This document shows, piece after piece, positions 41,196-53,582 of a stretch of 64,000 nucleotides of DNA. Position numbers and translations under genes: made by a program. A model generated the notes under the pieces. The model made no database searches and was not told where the DNA came from. It saw only the letters and a list, made by a program, of their open reading frames with translations. Origin of the DNA: Octopus vulgaris (taxonomy: Eukaryota); assembly GCA_951406725.2 (NCBI GenBank), contig OX597816.1, positions 11,842,001-11,906,000 on the forward strand, given 5' to 3'. Position 1 is the first letter of the stretch. Each line of letters starts with the position of its first letter.

Positions 41196-41699
41196 TATTA
41201 TGGGAAGAGACCCTGTGAGAAGTTACTGTCCACTTTTACAGAATGAACTGGGGCAAGTAGAACTGAGGGCTCTGAAATGTAAAATGGAAATCATCATCGT
41301 CATCATCATCGTTTAATGTCCGCTTTCCATGCTAGCATGGGTTGGACGAATTGACTGAGGGCTGGCGAACCAGATGGCTGCACCAGGCTCCAGTCTTGAT
41401 CTGGCAGAGTTTCTACAGCTGGATGCCCTTCTTAACGCCAACCACTCCGAGAGTGTAGTGGGTGCTTTTAATAGTTTATTTCTTTATTGCTCACGGGGGC
41501 AGGGCTAAAAATAGAAGGGACAAACAAGGACAGACAAGGGGATTTAGTCGATTACATTGACTCAAGTGATTAACTGGTACTTTTTTAATTGAAAGGATGA
41601 AAGGCAAAGTTGACCTTGGTGGAATTGAACTCAGAACTTATGGGCTTGAAAGTCTGTGTTATGCTCAGTAAAATAAGACAATTATCAGCTGACAAACAT

Positions 41700-42012
41700 A
41701 TAAGAGAGGTTGTTTAAACAGTAAAAGATTTCAAGAACAGAAAGAAGATTGGCAAAACAAAGAACTCTATTGTCAATACATACTACAAACTAAGGATATT
41801 GGAAATGAAGAATTCTCATTGTGGTTGATAGATGGGAAGCTGAAGCAAGGAATGGAATCACTAATTATAGCCATTTGGGAAGAAGCCATTTGATAAACAA
41901 GAATTTGATAAACAAAAGATTGATAAAACTCAGGCACAGAGCAAATGTAGGATGTGTAGAAAAGGGGACAAAATTATTAACCCTCTCTTGAGTGAAGGCA
42001 GTAAGATAACAT
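41700..42012 (+). pseudogene. R4/Dong-type fragment (RT C-terminus to zinc knuckle), decayed
   Basis: WLIDGKLKQGMESLIIA...KIDKTQAQSKCRMCRKGDKIINPLLSEGSK. Confidence 0.7.
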
Positions 42013-42017
42013 GAAAA

Positions 42018-42058
42018 TACGTTTCAGATGCTGTACTCTCCATCCTTCATCAGGTGCC
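42018..42058 (-). ncRNA. Minimal hammerhead ribozyme motif (Penelope type)
   Basis: CTGATGA-a-ggatg-(10 nt)-catct-GAAAC-GTA; core intact, downstream stem I strand apparently lost. Confidence 0.55.
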
Positions 42059-42109
42059 CTGGGGAAATTTCGAACCTGGGTTCTCATTCCTAAGGTATTT
42101 TTCTGATGG

Positions 42110-42192
<83 letters not shown>

Positions 42193-42650
42193 TTCAGGTC
42201 ACTGCCTGAAATCAAACTCAGAATCTTGGGTTTAGTAGCCTGCGCTCTTAACCACAATGTCATAGCCCGTGGGCAATTTTGGAGTGAATTATAGGGCAGA
42301 ATAGGAATTTTAAGGAAGGCTAGGAAAATATTAGATTTATAAGCCCTAAAATTCACACCAAAATTGCCCACAGGCATATAGCATAGTGGTTAAGAGCGCA
42401 GGCTACTAAACCCAATATTCCGAGTTCAATTCCAGGCAGTGACCTGAATAATAATAATAATAATAATAATACCATCAGAAAAATACCTTAGGAATGAGAA
42501 CACAGGTTCGAAATTTCCCCAAGATATCTGATGAAGGCTGGAGGGTTTATCAGCCAAAACGTGTTGACAACAAACAAGATGAAGACAAATATCTGTCAAA
42601 TGTAAATAATGCAAATAATTCCTCATCTTTTAAATATAGAACTGTGCAAC
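42021..42650. mobile_element. Palindromic element with divergent tRNA-like heads, (TAA)n and hammerhead motifs in both arms
   Basis: 42021-42298 is inverted at 42343-42560; A box tagcatagtgg at 42379; B box gagttcaattcc at 42422; CTGATGA at 42528 (+) and 42053-42047 (-). Confidence 0.8.
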
Positions 42651-42899
42651 ATGAAAAGAGAGAAAGCACAAGAATGACTTATGTATATGTATATGTTTGT
42701 GTGTCTGTGTTTGTCCCCCTAATATCGCTTGACAACTGATGCTGGTGTGTTTACATCCCCGTAACTTAGCGGCTCAGCAAAAGAGACCCATAAGTACTAG
42801 GCTTACAAAGAATAAGTTCTGGGGTCGATTTGCTCGAATAAAAGTGGTGCTCTAGCATGGCCACAGTCACAGGACTGAAACAAATAAAAGAGTAAAGAG

Positions 42900-43330
42900 T
42901 AAGTGTTCTTACTAATAAAAATATATCCGTAAAGGAATTTGACAAAGTAAGTAAATATAAGGACCTGGAAATTGAAATATAAAAATTGTGGCAACTTAAA
43001 GCAAGAACTGTTCCTGTTATTGTGGGTGCTCTATGTATGATAAAAAAAGGCATGTCAGAAACAGCTAGATAATATCCCAGGAGAACCATGCCTCAGAGAA
43101 ATCCAAAAGATTGTGCTCACAAGTATTACCCACATCTTTAGAAAAAAACCCTATCAATTTAAATGTCTGTGTTGTATCACATGGAAGTGTTTTGCTACTG
43201 CCTCTGCCATTTCTCGCCCCCCCCCCCAGCTTTCTCTCACACTGTAACATCTTTTAGCCTTTACTCGCCCTAGGATGCTGGGTGTGTCTTGGCATGTGAC
43301 TGCAACAAACATGCAGATTAAAAGTAAATA
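42900..43330 (+). pseudogene. R4/Dong-type RLE retrotransposon 3' end with (TAA)n tail
   Basis: NISVKEFDKVSKYKDLEIEI*KLWQLKARTVPVIVGAL...EIQKIVLTSITHIFRK. Confidence 0.85.
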
Positions 43331-43469
43331 ATAATAATAATGATAATAATGATAATAATGATAATAATGATGATAAATTGTTTTTCGTTTCTTGAAAAAT
43401 AACCAAATTGTTTAAACATATTCACGCTTCCTTCTTTGAAGTTTCCATAGACTTTGTTGGGGAAACTTC

Positions 43470-43849
43470 TAAATAATGATAATGGCACATATGAAGGTAG
43501 TGGCGGCAATGATGATAGTGATGATGATGATGATGATGGCAATATTGAAGATGATGATGATGATGACAATGATGATGGTGGTGCTATTGATGTTGATAGT
43601 GGTGATGATGTTGATGATGATAATGATGTTGATGATGATGATGATGATGTTCATGATGATGATAATGATGACAATGATGATGGTGGTGGTGATATTGATG
43701 TTGATGGTGGTGATGATGTTGATGACGATGGCGATATCAAGGATGATGATGGTGATGATGATGACGATGACAATGATGATGATGTTGATAATGAATGTTG
43801 TTGATGACGATGGTGGTGGTACTGGTTGCAGCATTAGCGATGGTATTAC

Positions 43850-43880
<31 letters not shown>

Positions 43881-43900
43881 GGTGTTGTAGGTGATGGTGA
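43470..43900. repeat. (GAT)n/(GGT)n compound microsatellite
   Basis: Direct observation. Confidence 0.95.
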
Positions 43901-44299
43901 AGACAAAAATGATATTTTTTTTTGAAAGAATCTGACACACACACAGGCTTTTGATGTCACAGCATCATGACCAGGTTTTCTGGGTTTTTTTTTTGCTTTT
44001 CCTGTGTTTGTATTTGTTGTTGCCATGCATTAATTTATTTTAAATTGGTGTTTTTTTTTTAATTATTTTAATCTGCAACATGACTTAGATTCATTTGATT
44101 TTGTTGACAAATAACTTAAAAGATTTGATTTTTGAAAAAGATTGAGAAATGGAAGCAAGGAAGGAAGGATGAACGCAGAGATTTCCAGAAAAATATTTCA
44201 ATAAACAATAAAATAGGCCTTGAGGTGGAATTTGCTGTAAAAAAAAAATCTCAAAGAAACTGACATTAATTGAATGCAAACTCTTAGGAAAAATAGTTA

Positions 44300-44972
44300 T
44301 GGTAATAATAAAGGTAATAACTGTAATAAGAATAATAATAACAGTAATAGCAATAATGATGATGATGACGATGATGATGGCGGTGATGGTGATGATGACG
44401 GTGATCGTGATGATGGTGACAACGAAGATGATGATGATGATGATGGTGGTGATGACGATGATGATGATGATGATGATAGTGATGGTGATGATGATGGTGA
44501 TGATGGTGATGACGATGACAATGGTGATGACGACGATGACAACGATGATGATGACAATGACGACGACGATGATGATGATGACAACAATGATGATAATGAC
44601 AACAATGATGATGACGACGATGATGACGACGACAATGATGATGATGGTAATGATGGTGATGATGACAATGATGATGGCGGTGATGGTGATGGTGATGGTG
44701 ATGATGGTGACAACGACGATGATGATGATGATGGTGGTGATGACGATGATGACGATGATGATGATGGTGATGGTGATGATGATGACAACGATGATGATGG
44801 TGATAATGATGACAATGACGATGATGGTGGTGATGATGATGACGATGATGGTGATGATGGTGATAATGATGACAATGGCGATGATGACGACGACAACGAC
44901 GACGACGATGACGATGATGATGATGGTAATGTTGATGATGACGATGATGATAATGATGATGATGATGATGAT
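44300..44972. repeat. (GAT/GAC/GGT)n compound microsatellite
   Basis: Direct observation; explains the poly-Asp and poly-Met ORFs. Confidence 0.97.
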
Positions 44973-45449
44973 GTCATCATCATCCTCCTCATTTCCAGAG
45001 TCATCACCACCATTTAATGTCCACAGTCCATGCTGGCACGAGTTGGACGGTTTAACAAGAACTGATATACCCACTGCCTGCTTTGGCATGGTCCCTACAG
45101 CTGGATGCCCTTCCTAATGCCAACCACTCCGAGAGTGTAGTGGGTGCTTTTATGTGTCACCGGCCACGCTCAAATGGTGCTTTTTATGTGCCACCGGCAC
45201 AGGAGCCAGTCCAGTGGCACTGGCAACAACCTTGCTCGAATGTTTTTTTCCCATGCCACCAGCACAAGTGCTAGTAAGATGACGCAGGTAATGATCACAC
45301 TCGAATGGTGCTTTTTATGTGCCATCGGCACAGAGGCCAGCTTCTTGCTCTGGCAACAATCTCACTTGTATTGTACTCTTAGTGCTCCACTAGCAACGGA
45401 TGCCAGTCACCGAGTTTGATTTCGATTTCAATTTCACTTGCCTCATCAA

Positions 45450-46000
45450 CCCCCAGTGTGTAACTGATACTTAATTTATCGACCCCGAAAGGATGAAAAG
45501 CAAAGTCGACCTCAGTGGAATTTGAACTCAGAACATAGCGGCAGACGAAATATCGCTAAGCATTTCACCCGGTGTGCTAACAATTCTGCCAGTTCACCAC
45601 CTTAACAACAACAGCAGCCACAACAACAACAATAGTAATCTTTTCTACAATAGGCCTGAAATTTGGTGGGAAGAAGTTAGCTGATTACATCGACTGCAGT
45701 GTGTAACTGGTACTTAATTCATCGACCCCAAAAGGATGAAAGGCAAAGTCGACTTTAATGGAATTTGAACTCAGAACATAAAGACGGACGAAATATCACT
45801 CTGCATTTCAGCTGGCATGTCAATGATTCTGCAAGCTCACCACCTTAACAATAATAATAATAATAATAATAATTAATTCTTGTTTAATAAAGGGCAGCTC
45901 GGAGAAGGGGATCAAGTCGATTACATTGACCCCAGTTTTTCACTTGTACTTAATTTATTGACCCCCGAAAGGATAAAAGGCAAAGTCGACCTTGATGGAA
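45450..46000 (-). mobile_element. Cluster of three family B SINE pieces
   Basis: Repeated gaccccgaaaggatgaaaggcaaagtcgac core. Confidence 0.8.
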
Positions 46001-46026
46001 TAGTAATGATAGTAATAATAATAATG

Positions 46027-46059
<33 letters not shown>

Positions 46060-46094
46060 TTAATAACAACAATAATAATGATAATTATTATCAT

Positions 46095-46730
46095 TATTGT
46101 TATTGCCTTTGCACAGCTTCTAACGCAGGAGATATACTATGGTGTCAGCTGTTCACTACCAGTTCCAAGCAGTGCTGTTTTCTGCAAGTCCTCCACGCTT
46201 ATTGCAGCCCCTATTTGTTCCATGTACTTCTCAAGATTTTTACTCACTGTTCCCAGGGATCCGACACTAATTGATACTACTACCACCTTTTACATCAACC
46301 ACAACTGCTTACCCTCCCAAGCTAACCTGTTATATGTATTGACTTTTCTTTCTTCCTTATCGCATACCTTATTGTCAGCTGGGCATGCTATATCTATAAT
46401 CCAGCATAATTTGCTTTCTTTCTCAATTAAGACTATGTCTGGCTTCCTATTCTGTATCTCATGGTCGTACTGAATCCTAAAATCCCATAGGATCTTTGCA
46501 TTTCTATTTTCGACGATACCTTCAGGTTTGTGGTTGTACCAAGTTTTTGCTCTGTCAAGTCCATACTTGTTGTAGAGTATTCAATGGACAAGCCTTGCTA
46601 TATTGTCGTGGTGTCTCTTATATTCCTTCTGGGCTAGTGGCATACAATGGCTGGTAATATGCCATACGGTTTCACCGTTTTGTCCGCAGATTCTGCACTT
46701 AACACTTTCTGACGTGTTGTCTATTCTGTA
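46095..46730 (-). pseudogene. R4/Dong-type RLE retrotransposon C-terminus (CCHC knuckle plus PD..D endonuclease)
   Basis: KCRICGQNGETVWHITSHC...YKRHHDNIA...KILWDF...RKPDIVLIEK...IIDIACP...LQKTALLGT; two in-frame stops; (TAA)n on both sides. Confidence 0.92.
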
Positions 46731-46742
46731 TTATTATTATTA

Positions 46743-46798
<56 letters not shown>

Positions 46799-46799
46799 G

Positions 46800-47158
46800 C
46801 GTGAGAGAGCAGTTCATGCCATCAAAATGACACTGGGGTAAAATATACGAAGCCCAATATACCCATCATGACTACCCGTCTGATAAGGGTACACCAGGCA
46901 CATGCATCACAACCATATGTGCGTGACATGGTGATCTCATATCAAGGTAAACAGCACATGACCTTGCAGGTGGGGCCCAGTTAGAATTTTCTTCAGGTTG
47001 AGTAGCCCATCCCGCTCGAAAGGTCCCTGAATAAGGGTTGTTTAAGGATGTTGAAAGAACCACTCATGTTTCCAGAGGTGAATTATTCAAACCCCAAAGA
47101 ATCCCTCTCAACACATGGCTATGATGCTCCCCCACTACTTCTGCTCGTGATCAGAGAT
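46800..47158 (-). mobile_element. Family E repeat (inverted copy) between (TAA)n tracts
   Basis: Reverse complement of about 40010-40368. Confidence 0.85.
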
Positions 47159-47184
47159 ATTATTATTATCATCATTATTATTTC

Positions 47185-47226
<42 letters not shown>

Positions 47227-47819
47227 CATTTTTATTATTCTGTCTACTGTAGGCACAAGATCTGAAATTTTGGGGTAAGAGGGCTAGTTGATTATATCGA
47301 CCCCAGTGCGTAACTGGTACTTATTTCATCGACCCCGAAATGACGAAAGGCAATGACGGCCTCAGTAGAATTTGAACATTAAGACAGAAGAAATGCCACT
47401 AAGTAGTTCACCTGTTCTCCATGTTGATGATCCTGTCAGCTTCCTGACTTAAAAATAATAATAATATAAATCTTAACAATGTCTTTTGTGATGATTCTTA
47501 TATTCTATATTCTAGTTTTTTTTTTTTAATGATAATAGTAAATAATAATAATATTAATAATAATAGTAATAGTAATAGTAATAATAATAATAATGATAAT
47601 ATTCATAATAGGAGGTAGGGGTGATATTGTTGATAAGCTATCAAAGTCTGATTTGTTTAACAAAGTATGTTTGGTGTTAAGAAAGTTCTGACAAGGCCAT
47701 CTTTGTCTGCTCTCAGACTTGGACAGCCATCATCAAGGTGAAAGAAGAGGCCAAAACACATTTTCAAGATTTTGGTTATTTGAATAACTACCAAAACAGT
47801 CACAGCTTAACCTAACCCT

Positions 47820-47971
47820 GCTATACATACATACATACATACCTACATACATACATACATACATACATACATACATACAAACATACATACATACATACAT
47901 ACATACATATCTATACATACATACATATATATCTATACATACATACATACATACATACATACATACATACA

Positions 47972-48002
<31 letters not shown>

Positions 48003-48239
48003 CTATACATACATGCATACATGCATGCATATATATATACACACATATATATATAAATATAAATGAATATATACATGTGTATACATATATATATATATAC
48101 ATATAAATTAATATATACATGTGTGTATATATATATATATAAATTAATATATATACATGTATATGTATATATATATATATAAATATGAATTGATATATAT
48201 ATACATGTATATATATATGTATATATATATGTATGTATG

Positions 48240-48274
<35 letters not shown>

Positions 48275-48275
48275 G
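47820..48275. repeat. (TACA)n/(TA)n tract
   Basis: Direct observation. Confidence 0.95.
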
Positions 48276-48379
48276 CGCGCAAGAAAAAAGTAGAATGAAA
48301 CAGGAGAGCTAGTTTACAGAATTTTATTATAACATCAAAAATCGCATGACCGTTTTTTATTATGTGTGTATGTTGTATG

Positions 48380-48415
<36 letters not shown>

Positions 48416-48516
48416 GAAAGATAGAGAGTAATTTGGTGGTACAAACAGGAGAAATATAATTCAATATGCAAAACAGAGGAAATAATTTTTTTTTATTATT
48501 TAACTGTTAATAAACT

Positions 48517-49025
48517 ATCAGGTTGAGCAAAAATTAAGCAACGTTTTTAAACATGAAATTCGTCACAATATATTTCAACAATGTGGAAATTTTATTCATC
48601 AAATTAAGTGCCATTACAATCAACACATTTTTGTTAACGAGTTACAGGTGTGTTTATTCCGGTAACATAAAAAATCTGGAGTTCTGGAGCTGATGGACTC
48701 TTTGAATGCACTTTCAGCATTGGTTTGATTTTTGAACTTCTCTCACAGGAAACCATCAGCGTGCTTGTAAAAGTGGTAGTTGGTAAGAGAAAGGTTTGGG
48801 GAATAAGGTGGGTGGGGAAGAACTTTGTAGCCAAGTTCTCTCAACTTCTGGAGCATCATTAGTGAAACGTGTGGTCAAGTATTGTCATGAAGAATGATTG
48901 GCTCTCTTCTGCTGACCAGTCTGAGACAGAGGAATAGCAGTTTTTCATTCATTTTGGCAATTTCATGGCAATATGTTTCTGCAGTAATGGTTTTTCTGGG
49001 TTTTAAGAAGTTATAGGGGATGACA
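48517..49025 (-). pseudogene. Decayed mariner transposase C-terminus with TIR
   Basis: Minus strand KTITAETYCHEI...PIILHDNT*PH...LGYKVLPHPPYSPNLS; TIR-like tatcaggttgagcaaaaattaagcaacg. Confidence 0.88.
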
Positions 49026-49178
49026 CAGGCACACAAATACATATACACACACACCCACACACATAATGCGACAAGCTTCTTTCAGTTTCCTATTTCTTTA
49101 TTACCCACAAGGGGCTAAACATAGAGGGGACAAACATAGGTATTAAGTCGATTACATCGACCCCAGTCATATATATAC

Positions 49179-49227
<49 letters not shown>

Positions 49228-49380
49228 CTAATCTGATATAGAATGTATATATAAATACCGCTAAGCAATTCGCCCGACATGCTAACGATTCTGCCAGTTT
49301 CCATTTACCAAAACCACTCACAAGGCATTGGTCAGCCCAAGGCTATAGTAGGAGACACTTGCCCAAGGTGCCACACTGTC

Positions 49381-50350
49381 GAGTAAGGAAAACTAAATGT
49401 TTTTCTGGAGTCTCTTGTAACAGGTTCTAATGCAAGTCCAGTCCTTGGATTCTTGTGGTTGTGGGGCAAAGCAGTATAACACAGATGCTGAACTCATACG
49501 GCTTTTAATTCTTGAGGAGAAGCTGAATGCATCACACCCTGTCATATTCCTAAAGTAAATATTGGCTCAAACCACGGAATTTAATTTTTGCTCTGGGGCA
49601 ACTTTATGCTAGGGGATGAGGCATAAGAGATGTGTTAAAATACGAGAGAAGGGGCCAAAGCAGACCTAGAGGAATTCCATGATTATTCATATTTAAGAAG
49701 AGAGAGTTGGAGAATATTGGTAAATATTCAATAAAAACCCCTAAATCTATTATTAGTTTCATAAAGAGCTGATAATAATTATCTGGTGTCTCTATCTCAA
49801 TATTATCCAATAAATCTTTTATGACTGTAGCGTGTGAATTCCGAGGGAGATTTACTGATATTTCCGAGCAACTGAACAAATAGATCTGAGGTTTGGTAAT
49901 TCCGAGAGGTTTAACAATCACAATAAGGTTCCTGTGTTGATTCAGTTTTTGAAGTGGATTGTACGTCTTTGCTGTGTTAAAGTTGAAGGAAATATCACAG
50001 GAATCACAAAGGTAGGATTAAAATTGAAAACGATAATCTTATTTGCAGTATCACATGCCTCAACATTTGAAGCTTTGCCAGGTGATCCCAAAAGGGACAT
50101 ATCATCAAATATTAAATCAACTGGCATAATAAAGGCTTGCTGAATAGCGAAGCGATTCCGAATAATTTATGGGACCTTGATCTAATGTAATCACTTAATG
50201 CTTTCATTATAATATCTGGTCTTTAGAATATTAAAACCTTCAAAAGAAATGGCAAAGTTGAAAAGATACTATACTAAAGTCTAAATTATTAGGATACTGG
50301 GTGCAACGACAGACAAGCACCATTCATCAACCTCAATGACATTATTCAAG
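49381..50350 (-). pseudogene. Decayed coding-like region, family not recognised
   Basis: Unique, microsatellite-free; consecutive minus-strand open frames (50160-49942, 49921-49604) broken by a stop and a frameshift. Confidence 0.35.
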
Positions 50351-50580
50351 CAGCTAAAATTAGCAGCTAAATTCTCTTTAAATCAGGTATTGTTAGATAA
50401 AACAAAGAAAACACATTTGAAAGGCCCTTAACCTTGTTAGTCTTGGCCAAGAGATATAACCCACGTCTAGACAGGAGCTCTACAGCCAGCACTCTTTCAC
50501 ACACACATTCTATGAACAGAAAAAAGAAATTATCGAAAATGGTTTCAATGAACCACGAAAACAGAAATTTTTGTATGACA

Positions 50581-51095
50581 AGTATCTTGCTTACCAGCCA
50601 CATGGTTCCAGGTTCAGTCCCACTGCATGGCACCTTGGGCAACTATCTTCTACTATAGCCTCTGGACGACCAAAGCCTTGTGAATGGATATGGTAGATGG
50701 AAACTGAAAGAATCCTGTCGTATATATATATATATCTATATACATAAATATGTAATGGTGTCTGTGTGTGTGTCTGGGGTTACTCTAACTCCTCCCACAC
50801 TGTCCAACCGATTTTAATGATTTTTGGCACATAGGTAGATCACATGCCCTGAGGTTCAAATAAGGACAGAATTTTTTGCAAATGTTCAGTTGGCATCGAT
50901 TTTTGTGAGCTCAATCTGGCATTTGAATGGAAATTCCCATAATAATGTTATTTTTCCTGCAAATTTTGCTTTTTTCATGTGTAAAATTTCAACAAATCGA
51001 TAGAATAGTCTCTAAGGAAATGCTTATTTCAATACAAGATCAGAGGTGGGCTTAATTTCAACACAGAAAACACGAGCAACACCAGGTCCACAGCT

Positions 51096-51135
<40 letters not shown>

Positions 51136-51397
51136 TATTTATATATATGTGTGTGTATGTGTGTATGTGTGTGTGTGTGTGTGTGTGTGTCTGTGTTTGT
51201 CCCCCCCCCCCCCGTCATCACTTTACAACTAATCCTGGTGTGTTTACATATCCATAACTATGTAGTTCAGCAAAAGAGATGGATAGAATAAGTACTAGGC
51301 TTACAAAGAATGAGTGCTTGGGGTCAATTTGTTTGACTAAAGGCAGTGCTCCAGCATGGCCACAGTCAAATGAATGAAACAATTAAAAGAGTAAAAA
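50581..51397 (+). mobile_element. Family A SINE interrupted by a Helitron
   Basis: Head at 50581-50720 and tail at about 51150-51397. Confidence 0.8.
50735..51097 (+). mobile_element. Non-autonomous Helitron
   Basis: a|TCtatatacataa 5' end; internal ccgattttaatgatttttggcac; 3' end acgagcaacaccaggtccacagCTTG|t (CTAG variant). Confidence 0.7.
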
Positions 51398-51879
51398 GCC
51401 AAGTCTTCAGTCTAATTGCAGGTTTACCCTTCTGTGTGTCAGTGTTGCTTTTTTTATGTTAAACTGGTTTCAAAATTTTGTATGGCATAGCCCAAGGCTA
51501 TAGTAGAAGATAGTTGCCCAAGGTGCCACCCAGTGGGAGTGAACCCAGAACCATGTAGTTGGTAAGCAAGCTACCTACCATACAAAAACTTGAAACCAGT
51601 ATAACAAGACCAGCAAGTTTCGAAGAGGGGTAACTCCAATTACGTTAACCCCAGTGCATAGCTGGTACTTATTTTATTGACCCTGAAAGGATGAAAGGCA
51701 AAGTCAAACCTCAGCAGAATTTGAACTCAGAACATAAAGTCATATGAAATGCCATTAAACATTTCGTCTGGCATGATAATGGCTCTACCAGCTTGCTACC
51801 TTTTCTTTTTTTCTTTTATTATATTCTTTAATTTGTTTATTCTTTTATTTTACTGTGCCATGCTGGAGCACCACCTTTA

Positions 51880-52898
51880 GTCGAACAAAGGGCCTCACAC
51901 TCAGAGTAAAAGGTAGACTGTATGATGCCTGTGTGAGAACAGCTATGTTACATGGCAGTAAAACACAAGCAGTGACTGCTGAGGACAAGCATCGGCTTGG
52001 GGAAAATGAAGCTAGTATGCTCTGCTGGGTGTGTAATGTCAGTGTGTATACACAACAGAGTGTACTTGCCCTGAGAGAAAAACTGGACATAAGAAGCATC
52101 AGATGTGGTGGGCCAGAGAGATGACTGCACTGGTATGGTGATGTGTTGCGTATGGATGAGGACAGTTGTATGAAGAAGTGTCACACCCTAACAGTGGAAA
52201 GAACCTGTAGAAGAGGCAAACCCAGGAAGACATGGGATGAAGTAGTGAAGCATAACCTTCACACGTTGGGCCTCACAGCAGCAATGACAAGCAACCGAGA
52301 CCTTTGGAGATATGCTGTGCTTGAGAAGCCCCAAGTAAGATCATAGCCATGGCTGATGTCAGTGTTGTAGAACCGGCCCGTTTAAAAGTACCCCTTCAAT
52401 CGTTGGACAATATGCTTTGCTTGTGAAAACCTGTTGAACCATGTAAAATCGTAATCATGGCTGATGCCAGTGCCACCTGATGGGCACCTATGCAAGTGGC
52501 TTGTAAAAAGCACCATTCAAGCACAGCTGATGCCAGTGCTGTCTGACTGGCACCCATGCCAGTAGTACATAAAAAGTACCATTTGAGCATGGTTACTGCC
52601 TTTGCCACTTGACTGGCACCCGTACCAGTTGCACATAAAAAGCACCATTCGAGCATGACCAATACCAGTGCTGCCTGACTGGCAGCCATGCTGGTAGCAC
52701 ATAAAAAGCACCATTCGAGTATGGCTGCTGGCAGTGTTGCCTGACTGGGTGCATGCCGGTGACATGTAAAAGCACCCATTACACTCTCGGAGTGATTGGC
52801 ATTAGGAAGTGCACCCAGCTGTAAAAACCTTGCCAGTCCTCAGTCAAACAGTCCAACCCATGCCAGCACGGAGAGTGGGCGTTAAATGATGATGATGA
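51880..52898 (+). mobile_element. 5'-truncated RTE LINE: ORF C-terminus, 3' UTR tandem units, family C end and (GAT)n
   Basis: KGRLYDACVRTAMLHGS...WYGDVLRMDED...RRGKPRKTWDEVV...NRDLWRYAV*, then ~60-bp units and ggcattaggaagtgcacccagctg. Confidence 0.92.
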
Positions 52899-53536
52899 CA
52901 AAGGCACTGTCCCTTTTCCACCCCAAAGAAAGGACGCTATAGTCATGAGATAAACACCTTTGATCATGATTTTGCTCAATCCGGGCTGGCCTGGGGCTAA
53001 ACAACAGCAACACCAACAGCACCAACCCTAATACATGTGTTTCTGTGTTTAATCCTCCAACAGCCAAAAACTCAACACATCAATACAAGGGAGATAATAA
53101 TTAGCATGTTCCGGCACAAGGTGTTCATACAAGGGCTTTCTTTTTCACACACGCCACCAGAGTACCGTCATTAAATAGGTTATAATTAGCGTAACACCAC
53201 ATAGTAATTAACAAGTGAATCTATATTAGAATGAGAGCCGACACTGTAATACTTATTATCAGGTTGGTATAATCACATTAACATGGCCATTAATTAAGGA
53301 GAGAAAGCAATTACTTAAACTGATGCACTTGTGAAATATTAACACTGATCTTGCATAACATTAGATTCTAGCACAACGCAATGTGCTGCCTGCCTCTGTG
53401 TTTTCACTGGGATTAACATTAAGCCGTTATGCACTTAATCTTCTGCTCTAATCATCTGTTACTCTCCTTTCACTCTGGCACATTTACCTACCTGCATTTT
53501 CTGTTTCTCTATCCTATTTCTTACCTCATACCTTGA

Positions 53537-53568
<32 letters not shown>

Positions 53569-53582
53569 TCCTTCTTCTCTTG

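Noticed and set aside
42373-42445. Functional tRNA gene
   Set aside because: A/B boxes are present but no convincing acceptor stem; part of a palindromic repeat.
52396-52780. Repeat-spacer-like pattern (aaaagcaccattcgagc recurring)
   Set aside because: Intervening parts are homologous to each other, so this is a diverged tandem repeat of the RTE 3' UTR.
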